From NCBI GenBank assembly GCA_049975485.1, contig JBNGDC010000005.1:25928-89927 (forward strand): 64,000 nt of DNA, in the 5' to 3' direction. The notes under the pieces were generated by a model. The model was given only the letters and a program-made list of their open reading frames with translations, did not search any database and was not told where the DNA came from. Of the stretch, positions 11,297-20,708 are shown piece by piece (the first letter of the stretch is position 1; the number at the start of each line of letters is the position of its first letter). This DNA comes from Phycisphaerae bacterium (lineage in GTDB: Bacteria > Planctomycetota > Phycisphaerae > SM23-33). The position numbers and the translations under genes are program-made.

Positions 11297-12397
11297 ATGA
11301 AAATAGCCGTTATCGGCGGAGACGGGACTGGTCCGGAAGTGGTGGCCGAGGGATTGAAGGTCCTTCAGGCGGTCGCTGAAAAGGTCGGTCTGGATGTCGA
11401 GACCAAGGAATTCAACGTCAGCGGCGACCGCTACCTTCAGGCCGGCGGCGATCCGAATACCCAGAGCATTCCGATCATACATGATTCGGAGATTGCCGAG
11501 CTTAAGACCTTCGACGCCATCTATCTCGGCGCGGTGGGTCATCCCGACATAGCGCCGGGCATACTGGAGAAGGGCCTGCTGCTGCGACTGCGGTTCGAGC
11601 TGGACCAGTACGTCAATCTCCGCCCGGTAAAGCTGTATCCGGGCGTCTGGACGCCGCTGAAGAACAAGGGGCCAGACGAGATCGATTTCGTGGTCGTGCG
11701 GGAGAACACCGAGGGCCTTTACACCGGGATGGGCGGCGTGCAGTACCGCGGAACGCCCAACGAGGTGGCGACGCAGATAATGTGCAACACGCGCCACGGC
11801 GTGGAGCGGGCCTGCCGGTACGCGTTCGAACTGTGCCGCCGCCGGAACGACAGGAAGCGTCTTACGCTGGTCGCCAAGACCAATGTGCTGACCTACGCCC
11901 ACTCGCTGTGGTACCGCGCCTTTCACGAGGTGGGCGAGGAATACGGCGACATCGAGAAGGACTACAACCACGTTGACGCCTGCTGCATGTGGTTTGTGAA
12001 GAACCCCGAGTACTACGACACGATCGTCGTGTGCAACATGTTCGGCGACATCATCACCGACCTGGGAGCGATGATTCAGGGCGGCATGGGCGTCGCGGCC
12101 GGCGGAAATATCAACCCCGACGGCGTGAGCATGTTCGAGCCGATCGGCGGCTCGGCGCCCAAGTACACCGGGCAGGACAAGATCAACCCTGTGGCGGCCA
12201 TCGCTTCTCTGGCGATGCTGCTGCGCGAGACCGGCAACAACAAGTCCGACGCCAAGCTGGTGGACGCCGGCGAGCGGGTGGAGCAGGCGATAATGTCAGT
12301 GACGCCCACGATGGAGAGCCAGGCGGCCGGGCGCATGGGCATGGGCACCAAGGAGGTCGGCGACCGTATCGCAAAGGCAGTGGCGGAAGCCGACTGA
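11297..12397 (+). CDS. leuB: 3-isopropylmalate dehydrogenase (actinobacterial-type LeuB; isocitrate/isopropylmalate DH family)
   Basis: 366 aa. MKIAVIGGDGTGPEV, LRLRFELDQYVNLRP, VVVRENTEGLYTG, NMFGDIITDL. Confidence 0.8.
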   Translation: MKIAVIGGDGTGPEVVAEGLKVLQAVAEKVGLDVETKEFNVSGDRYLQAGGDPNTQSIPIIHDSEIAELKTFDAIYLGAVGHPDIAPGILEKGLLLRLRFELDQYVNLRPVKLYPGVWTPLKNKGPDEIDFVVVRENTEGLYTGMGGVQYRGTPNEVATQIMCNTRHGVERACRYAFELCRRRNDRKRLTLVAKTNVLTYAHSLWYRAFHEVGEEYGDIEKDYNHVDACCMWFVKNPEYYDTIVVCNMFGDIITDLGAMIQGGMGVAAGGNINPDGVSMFEPIGGSAPKYTGQDKINPVAAIASLAMLLRETGNNKSDAKLVDAGERVEQAIMSVTPTMESQAAGRMGMGTKEVGDRIAKAVAEAD

Positions 12398-12412
12398 GCT
12401 GCACACTCCGAC

Positions 12413-12952
12413 ATGACAACGGCACACGAGGACAGTACGACGGAATCGGCCGGGCAGCGGATGAACGCCGACGAACCCGAAACCGCCACTGTTGAGCGGG
12501 TGGAGCTTGACGAGGCGGGGCGGCTGGTGGTGTACCTTGAGGGTCGCGACCAGCCGGTGGAGGATGCGGCCGTCGCGAGGTGCTTTCCATGGTCGCTTCC
12601 GGACGGATATATCTCCGTTCGCGACTCAAAGGGGCGGGAAGTCGCGATGCTCACGTCGCTGGAAGAGCTGGACGCCGACAGCCGGCACATAATCGAAGGC
12701 GAACTGCGGGACAAGATATTCAACCCTAAGATACTGACCATCAAGGAGCTTAGGGACGAGTTCGGCGTGCTGACGATAACGGCCGAGACCGACCGCGGCG
12801 AGGTGTCTTTCCAGGTCCGGCGGCGCGACGACGTTCGCGTGCTCTCCGGCGGCCGGGCGCTGCTTAAGGACGTGGACGGCAATACCTACGAGCTGCCCGA
12901 CATCAATCGGCTCGACAAGACCAGTCGCAAACACTTCCTCCAGTATTTCTAG
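12413..12952 (+). CDS. DUF1854-like protein
   Basis: 179 aa. CFPWSLPDGYISVRD..GREVAML...LDKTSRKHFLQYF resembles the DUF1854 pattern as I remember it. Not verified by search. Confidence 0.5.
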   Translation: MTTAHEDSTTESAGQRMNADEPETATVERVELDEAGRLVVYLEGRDQPVEDAAVARCFPWSLPDGYISVRDSKGREVAMLTSLEELDADSRHIIEGELRDKIFNPKILTIKELRDEFGVLTITAETDRGEVSFQVRRRDDVRVLSGGRALLKDVDGNTYELPDINRLDKTSRKHFLQYF

Positions 12953-12981
12953 AGGCGCGTCGGCTGGGCGGTAAGGCGTTC

Positions 12982-13314
12982 TTAACCGCTCCCGTTGTGG
13001 TAGGCGCGCAGCGTATTGGCGCCCTGCCGCATGTGCCCGAGCTTATCCGTCATTGCCCGTCTGGAATCATTCAGCGTAAGCAGCAATTGCTGGTGCATTT
13101 GCCGGATGCGCTGTATGCGCGCGCGACAGGACTCCGGCAGGGACGCGGGAAGCGCGTTCGCTTTGTCGAGCAGGTCGGACAGTCTGGGCCGCAGTGCGTC
13201 CATACCGTCGTAGTCTTCCTGCTGCGCGAGGTCCAGTTGCTCGCTGAGTGTCTGCTCAAGCTCCTCGAGTACGCTGTGATGCGGCTGTTGCGGGGAAGCG
13301 CTTTCGTCGCTCAT
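12982..13314 (-). CDS. Small helical protein, FliT-like flagellar chaperone candidate
   Basis: 110 aa from MSDESASP. The ATG overlaps the upstream stop (ATGA). LAQQEDYDGMDAL and the C-terminal ...LLLTLNDSRRAMTDKLGHMRQGANTLRAYHNGSG resemble E. coli FliT (LATEEQWDEL ... KSVLSAYGDQGG). The similarity is judged by eye only. Confidence 0.4.
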   Translation of the reverse strand: MSDESASPQQPHHSVLEELEQTLSEQLDLAQQEDYDGMDALRPRLSDLLDKANALPASLPESCRARIQRIRQMHQQLLLTLNDSRRAMTDKLGHMRQGANTLRAYHNGSG

Positions 13315-13955
13315 GTGTTCACCGCCTCTGTTGACCGGCGCGTATCCAGCTCGCGCAGCATATCGGCGGCCTCGGATTTCCCCGGCTCCAGCGCCAGTAC
13401 GCGGAGGACGGCGTCGCGGGCCTTGTCGTGCTGTCCGTCGCGGGCGTAAAGCGTCGCGAGGCAGAACAGCACCGATGTGTCGCCGGGGTGCCGGTCGAGG
13501 TAGGTTTCGAGATACCGGGTAATCTTTCCGAAAGTGCCCATCTGGCAGGATGTCTGGAACAGGCCCAGCAGGGCTACCAGATTGTCGGTATCCAGTTCGA
13601 GGCACTTGAGGTACATGTCGAAGGCGGAGTGGTAATCGCCGCGCTGCTGGTGGATCATCGCCAGTCCGCCGTAACCCTCGGCGCAGGTGGGGTCCAGCTC
13701 GCAGGCCGTCCGCAGTGCCTTCACGGCGTCGTCCAGGCGACCGGACTGTATCGCCAGCACGCCCAGCCCCACGTGAGGTCCGGCCAGCCCCGGCGCCAGT
13801 TCGGCCGCCCTGCGGTAGCAGTCGGCGGCTTTGTCGCTGCGGCCCAGAGCGGCGTAGCAGTCGCCCATCTCCCGGAGCACTTCATAGTGCTGGTTGCCTT
13901 GTGCGGCCACCGGGCGGGGGTTCAGGCACTTCCGCGGCACTTCTATCCCTTCCAT
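13311..13955 (-). CDS. TPR-repeat protein
   Basis: 214 aa from MEGIEVPRK, with 4-5 TPR units (GDCYAALGRSDKAADCYRRAAELAP etc). Overlaps both neighbours. Confidence 0.7.
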   Translation of the reverse strand: MEGIEVPRKCLNPRPVAAQGNQHYEVLREMGDCYAALGRSDKAADCYRRAAELAPGLAGPHVGLGVLAIQSGRLDDAVKALRTACELDPTCAEGYGGLAMIHQQRGDYHSAFDMYLKCLELDTDNLVALLGLFQTSCQMGTFGKITRYLETYLDRHPGDTSVLFCLATLYARDGQHDKARDAVLRVLALEPGKSEAADMLRELDTRRSTEAVNT

Positions 13956-15025
13956 GACAATATCTGCTCCGCGTGCTGCAGCACTTCCAGGGCGCCGTCG
14001 TCGTTGTCGCCGCGACGGTGAAGCCGGGCCTCCAGCAGCAGTGAATCCACCGTCGGACGACACTCGTTGACCTCCCGGCAAAGCTCAAGCGCCCGATCGT
14101 CCTCGCCGAGGCGATACAGGGCGTTGGCGGCCAGGTGCTTCAGATCGTTCGTTTCCTCCGCCGTAGTCATCAATTGCTCATAAAGCCGTACGGCCTGTCG
14201 CCAGTTTCCCTCCCTTTCCAGGCGGCGGGCCAGAGCCAGACCGTCGGCGGGCGAGTCCGGTTGTGCAGGTGCGAGGACAGCCGAGACGTCCTCCAGTCCC
14301 GACCACGGCCTGGGCGGTTGCTTGGCGCGGACTACGTCGGCAAACCGATCGGCCGTCCGGTCGGCTTCGTTGTCGGTCGATTCGGTCAGTTCGCCGGTGA
14401 CGTCTTCGAGCGAGACAAAGTCGGTGTAGAATGCCAGTCGTCGGGCGAAGTCCCATTGAGAGGCGGGGCTTGGCAATTCCGCGTCGAATGTTCCGGACTG
14501 GTCCAGCAGGTCGCGGTGGTGGCACAGAGCGGGCAGCTCCACGCAGGGGGTTCTGAAGAGGCAATCTCTTACGGGCGCCCAGGCGGGAGGGAGGCGTTTT
14601 TCCAGTGTCAGCCCGTCTCTGCGGCGGACGCGGTACAGGCGACTGACGGCGGCCCGACGGTCCGGAGCATCGGCCATCGCTTCCAACAGGCACTCCAGAT
14701 GGTAGGGGTACCAGGCGCAGTGGGGCGTGAGGTAGGCAATGAAACGGCCGCGGGCGCATGCCAGTGCCGCATTGCGTGCCTCGGCGTCTGAGGCGCCCTC
14801 GCGGACGGGGACGAGCGATACGCGGTCGTCATCGGCGGCCTCGGCGTCGGCCGATGCGGAGGCGTCGCCGGCCAGCAGCACCTCAAAGTACGTATGGGTC
14901 TGGCGCAGTGCCGAGCGCAGGGCCCTGGTCAGGTTGTCCCCGTCGCCTGCGAGTATCACGCTTACAAGGTTGCCGGAACTCATCGCTGTTCTGTCGCTCT
15001 TGTCGCCTGGTTTCGTTGTCGGCAC
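13943..15025 (-). CDS. GT2-like glycosyltransferase fold fused to C-terminal TPRs; canonical DxD motif absent
   Basis: 360 aa. VSVILAGDGDNLTRALRSALRQTHTYFEVLLAGDASA...ARNAALACARGRFIAYLTPHCAWYPYHL follows the GT-A/GT2 layout, but TPHC stands where DxD/DSDD is expected. The C-terminus is TPR-like. Confidence 0.6.
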   Translation of the reverse strand: MPTTKPGDKSDRTAMSSGNLVSVILAGDGDNLTRALRSALRQTHTYFEVLLAGDASASADAEAADDDRVSLVPVREGASDAEARNAALACARGRFIAYLTPHCAWYPYHLECLLEAMADAPDRRAAVSRLYRVRRRDGLTLEKRLPPAWAPVRDCLFRTPCVELPALCHHRDLLDQSGTFDAELPSPASQWDFARRLAFYTDFVSLEDVTGELTESTDNEADRTADRFADVVRAKQPPRPWSGLEDVSAVLAPAQPDSPADGLALARRLEREGNWRQAVRLYEQLMTTAEETNDLKHLAANALYRLGEDDRALELCREVNECRPTVDSLLLEARLHRRGDNDDGALEVLQHAEQILSWKG

Positions 15026-15097
15026 GGGGCCGCGACAAGCTTGACCGCCGGCCCCCGGCGCGGAGACCGACCGTCGAGTGTGCAGGATGCAATTGAC

Positions 15098-15113
15098 GTG
15101 CCTGCACCTTTTA
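15098..15113 (-). promoter_or_regulatory. Sigma-54 (-24/-12) promoter upstream of the GT2-like/TPR/FliT-like trio
   Basis: Minus strand AGGCACGTCAATTGCA compared with TGGCACG-N4-TTGCW. GG-to-GC spacing is correct. It lies 73 nt upstream of the ATG at 15025. Confidence 0.6.
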
Positions 15114-15155
15114 TCAAAAGGGGGAAAATGCCTTAGGATGCAACGCGTGTAAGGT

Positions 15156-15178
15156 ATTGCATTTTAAAATCTTGCAAT
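15156..15178. promoter_or_regulatory. Inverted repeat ATTGCA-N11-TGCAAT, possible activator (UAS) site
   Basis: An AT-rich palindrome 45-65 bp upstream of the -24 element at 15113, relative to the minus strand. Confidence 0.2.
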
Positions 15179-15286
15179 GGCGGACTGCGGTCGGAAGTCT
15201 TGCGGGGTCCGGCGGAGCGGCCCCGGCGGCGGGTGTCGTACAAAGTTTGTGCGCACCGTGCGCTCAAATGCTTGTCGCCGGGAGGA

Positions 15287-16711
15287 TCAGATAAAGTCCA
15301 GCAGAGTCAGACTCAGGATCTTCGACGACGACGCCAGCGCCATCTGGTAGAAGGTCTGGGCGCGGGACAGGTCCGCCGCAATCTTGATCATGTCGGCGTC
15401 CCCGAGTTTTGCGGCCTCGGCCTCGGAGTTCATCTGCACGGTTTCGAGGTTCGTCCGCAGCGAGTCCAGCGACTGAAGCCGACTGCCCAGTGACGTCATG
15501 TGGCGGGTGGTTTCGTCGATGATACCTTCCAGGGCGTCGAACGATTCCTTGAGCACAGTAGTCTGCTCGTCCCGCGAGAGGTCGCGATCGTTGTTCAGCG
15601 TATCGCGAATGTGGATCAGCAGGTCGAACAGGTCGTGTGCGTTCTCCATGTGTACCGGTTCGACGCCGGTCCGTTCGATATTGGAGGTGTTGAGGTAAAG
15701 AACGTCTCCGGTATCGGGGTCGGTAATCGCCTGGTTGGTATCGAAGCTGATGGCCGTGGTGGTGGTTCCGTCGTCCAGCGACAGCTCCCCGTCGGCATGC
15801 AGGTCTATGGTCCCGTCGAAGACCCCGTTATAGCCGGTGACGTCCACATAGGCGACATCGCCGTGCTCGTTCTCAAGCTTCAGGTTGTCCTGACCGGCCA
15901 TCGTAGCTTCCGGTCCGTCGTCGAGTTTGATGGTGTTCTCGGCGTTGTTGACCGTCAGCGTATGGTCGCCGATTATCGTGTCGCGGGTAGCGGAGCTGAT
16001 TCCTTCGGCTATTCCGCTTAAGGCGCCGCCGTCGTCGTAGGTGGTGGTGGTATGCGAGACCGTCAGCCAGGCGTCGTTGCGCAGCGAAGAAGTGCCTTCG
16101 CCGGCCGATACGCCCGTATCGCCCAGGAAGTTCGGTGTTCCGGGTCCGCTGGTTCCGAACACCTCGCTGCCGACCATCATGCCGGTCATCGTCATGCCGC
16201 CCGAGACCGGCACGTCGATTTCCTCGGTTCCTCCCTGATAGGTAATGGAGGTTATCTTCCCGGCCTCGCGTTCGACCAGGAACGGCTGCGTGTCGCTCTT
16301 TCCGCCGCTGAAAAGGTACCGGCCGATGCTTTTGCTGTTGGCCAGGGATACGAGTTGCTCGATCATCCCGTCGATTTCGACGGCGATCGCCTTGCGGTTC
16401 TCCTGGCTGTAGGAGCCGCTCAGGGCCTGCGTCATGAGCTGCTTGGTCCGCGTCAATGAGCTGCTTGCCTCCTCAAAGACGCCGGATATCTGGTTCATGT
16501 CCAACTGCAGGTGGTTTATGTTGCGCTGGTAGGTGTCGAGAAGGGCGCTGGTCCCGCGAAGGTTCATGATGTGAAACGCGTCGCCGGGGTCGTCGGAACC
16601 GCGTATCACACGCAGACCGGTGGCTATCTGTTCCTGGAGCCGGCTGGCCTGCTCGGCCTGCTTGCCCAGGGCGCTGATCGTGTTATTGAATATTCCACTC
16701 CATCCGGCCAT
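15287..16711 (-). CDS. flgL: Flagellar hook-associated protein 3
   Basis: 474 aa. Flagellin-like N-terminus (RLQEQIATGLRVIRGSDDPGDAF) and C-terminus (AQTFYQMALASSSKILSLTLLDFI). Confidence 0.85.
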   Translation of the reverse strand: MAGWSGIFNNTISALGKQAEQASRLQEQIATGLRVIRGSDDPGDAFHIMNLRGTSALLDTYQRNINHLQLDMNQISGVFEEASSSLTRTKQLMTQALSGSYSQENRKAIAVEIDGMIEQLVSLANSKSIGRYLFSGGKSDTQPFLVEREAGKITSITYQGGTEEIDVPVSGGMTMTGMMVGSEVFGTSGPGTPNFLGDTGVSAGEGTSSLRNDAWLTVSHTTTTYDDGGALSGIAEGISSATRDTIIGDHTLTVNNAENTIKLDDGPEATMAGQDNLKLENEHGDVAYVDVTGYNGVFDGTIDLHADGELSLDDGTTTTAISFDTNQAITDPDTGDVLYLNTSNIERTGVEPVHMENAHDLFDLLIHIRDTLNNDRDLSRDEQTTVLKESFDALEGIIDETTRHMTSLGSRLQSLDSLRTNLETVQMNSEAEAAKLGDADMIKIAADLSRAQTFYQMALASSSKILSLTLLDFI

Positions 16712-16726
16712 GGTTTCCGTCCCGTT

Positions 16727-18709
16727 CTACAGAATGTTCATCAGGTAACTCAGCGACTGGTTCTGCGTGCCGATGACCTTGGCGCACGCCTGGAACATCC
16801 GCTCGAAAACCAGCAGTTGAGCGGCTTGTTCATTCACGTCCACGCCGCTGATTTCATCGCGCTGGCTCAGCAGTTGCGAGGTGATGTTCTCCAGACTCTC
16901 CAGTCGTCCCTTTCGGACGTTGACGGCCTCGCCGACGCTTGTTACGAAGGTCTGGAAGTACTGCGTGGGCGAATCGCCGTCCAGGTTGTCACTGGGGGTA
17001 TCGCCGATCTCGGCCATTCGTGAGACATTCATGTTATCGGCGTAGGCGTCGCTGAGACCGCTGGCAAAATCGCCCGGTTCGTCCATGATGCGGCTCTCAA
17101 CGGTGATGTTCGACGCGCTGGTGCCGCTGAAGAAGGTGTTTATCCCCGCGCCGGCGAGGAACCCGGAGGTGTCGGTGTCCGCCCAGGCGTCGATCTCGAA
17201 ATCCTCTCCTATGCCCACCGTTCCGGCGCTCATCGAGAGTTTAATCCCGTTGCCCAGGTCCAGCGTGGTTCCGGGGGCGTAGTCCAGACCTATGTTGAAG
17301 GTCTTTATGAGGTCGCCGGAGCCGTTGCGGACCTCCAGCGTCAACTGCTCTTCGCCGCCGATGTCCACCATGGTGCCGGCCGGCTGGCTGCCGGCGATGG
17401 TGCAGGTCAGCGTTTCGTTTTCGTCTCCGGTGAACACGCCCGAGATGTCCGGCGAGGCCGTCCCGGTCAGTGACGAGGCGGTTGGTTCGGGCAGGACGAC
17501 CGGCAGGAAGTCGAATTCGTACCCGCTGTCGGCGGCCAGATGCAGCGCCGAATCGGCGACCCAGGCGTTAAGTCCGGTGATGGCATCCAGTTTGGTCGCC
17601 ACATCCGAGAGCGTTTCGCCGCCTGTTACATCCACGTCCACGGCGTGTCGGGTGACCTCGCCGGTGGATGTGTTTGTCATCCGCACCTGGATGGTCCCAT
17701 CGGTGACTTCGCTTTCCCAGTCGGAGACCGCCGTGCTCTCGCCCACCGCCCAGCCGCTCAGCTCCGTGAAGGACCCGTTGGGGCCGATGCCCTGGACGTG
17801 GTAGTCGTTCACACTGGCGATGATCTCGCGGGCGAGCGTGTCGATGCGGTCCTGCAAAGCGGGCAGTATCTCGTTCTTCAGCGCCAACAGGCCGCCGATG
17901 GTCCCGCCGGTGACGTCGTCCTGGTAGAACGACGACCCTTCCAGCGAGATGCCCAGGCGTCCATCGTCCAATGTATCGACCTGCACGGCCGAGACGTTGC
18001 TGCCCACTACCATGGGCATGCCCCAGGCCAGCACGTTCACTCCGCCGCGCCCGTCCTGCTGTTGCTCGGTTTCGACGTCGATCAGCTCGGCCAGTTCGTT
18101 GATTCGCTGGTCGCGATGGTCCTTGAGGATGTTTCCGCTTTGCCCTCTGGCGCCGGCGCTTTCGATGTCGGCATTGAGTTCGGCTATCTCAGTCGAGAGG
18201 TTGTTGATCCGTCCGGCCAGTTCGCTGGCCTCCTGCTGAATATGCTGGTGTATGCGGGTCATGAAGTCCGCGAGGTTGCGGAGTTGCTGGGTGACGCTGT
18301 CGGCGGCCCATATTGCCTGCTCCTGCAGCGCCTGACTGTCCGGCTTGCTCGCCAGCTCCCGCAAGCCGTTGAAGAACTTGTGAAGACCGGCGGTCAGATT
18401 GTCGGCGTCCAGCTCGCCCAGAGAGCTTTCGATGTTCTGGAGCGTGAACAATTCCTTGTTCACCTGGCCCATCAGCGGTTGCTGGCTTAGAAGCTCGCTC
18501 TCCAACAGGCGGTTATAACAGCGCGTAACGTCCACGATGCGGGCGCCGCCGTAGGAGACCGACCCCATGCTCCCCAGCTCCAGGGGGGCGATGACCGGCC
18601 GTTGGCGGTGATAGCCCTCGGTGCCGGCGTTGGATATGTTCGTGCCGATCAGGTCCAGCGCCTGCTGGGCTACCTCCAGACCCGTCAACCCGATGGAGAA
18701 GTTCGACAT
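16727..18709 (-). CDS. flgK: Flagellar hook-associated protein 1
   Basis: 660 aa. MSNFSIGLTGLEVAQQALDLIGTNISNAGTEGYHRQ, and the C-terminus VDVNEQAAQLLVFERMFQACAKVI. Confidence 0.9.
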   Translation of the reverse strand: MSNFSIGLTGLEVAQQALDLIGTNISNAGTEGYHRQRPVIAPLELGSMGSVSYGGARIVDVTRCYNRLLESELLSQQPLMGQVNKELFTLQNIESSLGELDADNLTAGLHKFFNGLRELASKPDSQALQEQAIWAADSVTQQLRNLADFMTRIHQHIQQEASELAGRINNLSTEIAELNADIESAGARGQSGNILKDHRDQRINELAELIDVETEQQQDGRGGVNVLAWGMPMVVGSNVSAVQVDTLDDGRLGISLEGSSFYQDDVTGGTIGGLLALKNEILPALQDRIDTLAREIIASVNDYHVQGIGPNGSFTELSGWAVGESTAVSDWESEVTDGTIQVRMTNTSTGEVTRHAVDVDVTGGETLSDVATKLDAITGLNAWVADSALHLAADSGYEFDFLPVVLPEPTASSLTGTASPDISGVFTGDENETLTCTIAGSQPAGTMVDIGGEEQLTLEVRNGSGDLIKTFNIGLDYAPGTTLDLGNGIKLSMSAGTVGIGEDFEIDAWADTDTSGFLAGAGINTFFSGTSASNITVESRIMDEPGDFASGLSDAYADNMNVSRMAEIGDTPSDNLDGDSPTQYFQTFVTSVGEAVNVRKGRLESLENITSQLLSQRDEISGVDVNEQAAQLLVFERMFQACAKVIGTQNQSLSYLMNIL

Positions 18710-18712
18710 CGC

Positions 18713-19231
18713 CTACCCCTCCGTATCGACTATACCGGTTTCCGGACGCCACTGGTCGGCGCCGCCGGTGCCGTAAGTGGTCACGGGTTCACAGGCCGGA
18801 AACATCGTTTCCAGCAACAGACGGTTGAAGCGGGCAGACTCGGCCAGCAAGAGCACAGTTCGCAGATGTCGGCGACGCAGCTCGTCGGACAGTTCCACGA
18901 GGCGACGGCGCCGCCGGACGATTTTCCCGCCGCTCGGGTCCGGCAGCTCCCGCGCCAGCCGCCACAGCCGAAGTTCCCGAGCCGGGATTCCCGCCAGCGA
19001 GGCCAGTGACTCGCGGACCTGCGCCAGGCGCGCATCGGTGCGGTGCTGCCGGTCCTGGGTCTGCTCCATCTGCTCCAGCAGCGGCTCCATGGCGTCGTCG
19101 TCGCGGCGGACGATCGCCGAGCTGAGCAGCTCCATCTGCTCCATCCGCGTGGTCAGAAGGGCGATCTCCTCGTCCAGCACGGCCGTCAGTTCCGCCAGTT
19201 GCTCTTTAATCTGTGGCGTCTCTGTGATCAT
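18713..19231 (-). CDS. flgN: FlgN-like export chaperone
   Basis: 172 aa from MITETPQIKEQLAELTAVLDEEIALL. Helical, located directly upstream of flgK, with an ATGA overlap with flgJ. Confidence 0.6.
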   Translation of the reverse strand: MITETPQIKEQLAELTAVLDEEIALLTTRMEQMELLSSAIVRRDDDAMEPLLEQMEQTQDRQHRTDARLAQVRESLASLAGIPARELRLWRLARELPDPSGGKIVRRRRRLVELSDELRRRHLRTVLLLAESARFNRLLLETMFPACEPVTTYGTGGADQWRPETGIVDTEG

Positions 19232-19572
19232 ATTTCCTGCTCCATCGACGCCGGGGGCTTCGGTGCGGCGCTTCCGGCGGAGTCCTGCAACTGGCCGTGC
19301 AACTGCTTCCACAGACCCAGCCCGCCCGCCTGGGCAAGCTCCTGCGCCAGATAGTGGCGGAACATGCCGCGAATCTGGTCCGAGGCGGGACTGTCGAAAA
19401 GCTCCGAACGCAGCACGGTCCTGTCCATCGTCTCCAGCAGTTTGTGCAGCAGAACCGATTCGAAGTCCTTGGCCGCCCGGACGGGCGAATCCGTCGTTTT
19501 CGGCGCCCGCAGCAGGTCCGCCTCCACCGGCGTCGGAAGCATCGGCTGTATGGGAAAACTCATGTCGCTCAC
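19228..19572 (-). CDS. flgJ: Rod-binding protein (FlgJ N-terminal domain only, no muramidase domain)
   Basis: 114 aa. AAKDFESVLLHKLLETM...MFRHYLAQELAQAGGLGL matches the Rod_binding pattern. Confidence 0.75.
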   Translation of the reverse strand: MSDMSFPIQPMLPTPVEADLLRAPKTTDSPVRAAKDFESVLLHKLLETMDRTVLRSELFDSPASDQIRGMFRHYLAQELAQAGGLGLWKQLHGQLQDSAGSAAPKPPASMEQEI

Positions 19573-19585
19573 CTGTGCGGCACTC

Positions 19586-20683
19586 CTACATTATCTCAAG
19601 CTTCGCCTGGAGGGCGCCGGCCTCGCGGAGCGCCTCGAAGATCGCTATCAGGTCCCGCGGGGTCGCGCCCATCGCATTCAACGCCCGCGCCAGTTCGGAA
19701 ACGGATACCTGCCGCGGTATTACCTGCAGGGGGCCCGCTTCCTCTACCGCGTCGATATCCGTTCGTCTTACGGTCGTCGTCTCTCCGGTTTCCGAGAATG
19801 GCTCCGGCTGCGAGACGTAATCCCTCTCGCGGGTGATGATGGAGAGGTTCCCATGGCTGATCGCCACCGTCGAGAGGCCCACGTTCTGTCCGACTATGAT
19901 GGTGCCGGTGCGCTCGTTGATGACCACCCTCGCCGGCGTGTCCACCTCCACCTCCAGTGAAGTGATGGAATCCACGAAGCGCGAAAGGTCGCGGCGGGTC
20001 AGACCCTCCGGAAGTCCTATCCTGATGGTCCCGGCGTCGGGGGCGTATGCGATGTCGGAATGATGCTCGTTGATGACCGAGGCAATCCGGTCGGCGGTGG
20101 AGAAGTCGGGGTTGCGAAGCTGCAGCGTTATGTGCTGGTTCTCCACGAAGGTCGCCAGCTCCTCACGTTCGATGGTCGCACCGGAGGGAATGCGCCCCAC
20201 GGTGGGGTGGTTCTTCCTGATGGAGGCCTGGTCGCCCTCGGCGCTGAACCCGCCGATGGAGATGGGACCCTGCGCGACGGCGTAAACCTGCCCGTCGGCG
20301 CCCACCAGGGGGGTCATCAGCAGCGTTCCGCCCTGCAATGAGCTTGCCGACCCGATGGCCGATACCGTCACGTCCAGTTCCGCGCCGCGACGGCCGAAGG
20401 CCGGCAGCTCGGTGGTGACTATCACGCTGGCGATGTTCTTGCTGGACACGTCGTCGGGGTCCAGGCGCAGTCCGCTGCGCCGCAGTATGTTCGTCAGCGC
20501 GCGTCGGCTGGTCTCGGCGTCGTCGCCGGTGCCGTTAAGCCCGACTACCAAGCCGTAGCCCCACAGCGGGTTGGACCTTACGCCCTGGATGTCGCAGATG
20601 TCCTTGATGCGCTCGGCCTGCGTCACGGCCGCCGTCGCCAGAATCACTGCCAACACAACGAATGTTCGCTCGATGTATCTCAT
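19586..20683 (-). CDS. flgI: Flagellar P-ring protein
   Basis: 365 aa. Signal peptide, then RIKDICDIQGVRSNPLWGYGLVVGLNGTGD. Confidence 0.95.
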   Translation of the reverse strand: MRYIERTFVVLAVILATAAVTQAERIKDICDIQGVRSNPLWGYGLVVGLNGTGDDAETSRRALTNILRRSGLRLDPDDVSSKNIASVIVTTELPAFGRRGAELDVTVSAIGSASSLQGGTLLMTPLVGADGQVYAVAQGPISIGGFSAEGDQASIRKNHPTVGRIPSGATIEREELATFVENQHITLQLRNPDFSTADRIASVINEHHSDIAYAPDAGTIRIGLPEGLTRRDLSRFVDSITSLEVEVDTPARVVINERTGTIIVGQNVGLSTVAISHGNLSIITRERDYVSQPEPFSETGETTTVRRTDIDAVEEAGPLQVIPRQVSVSELARALNAMGATPRDLIAIFEALREAGALQAKLEIM

Positions 20684-20708
20684 TTCATTCGGTCCCGCGG
20701 AGGTGCGC

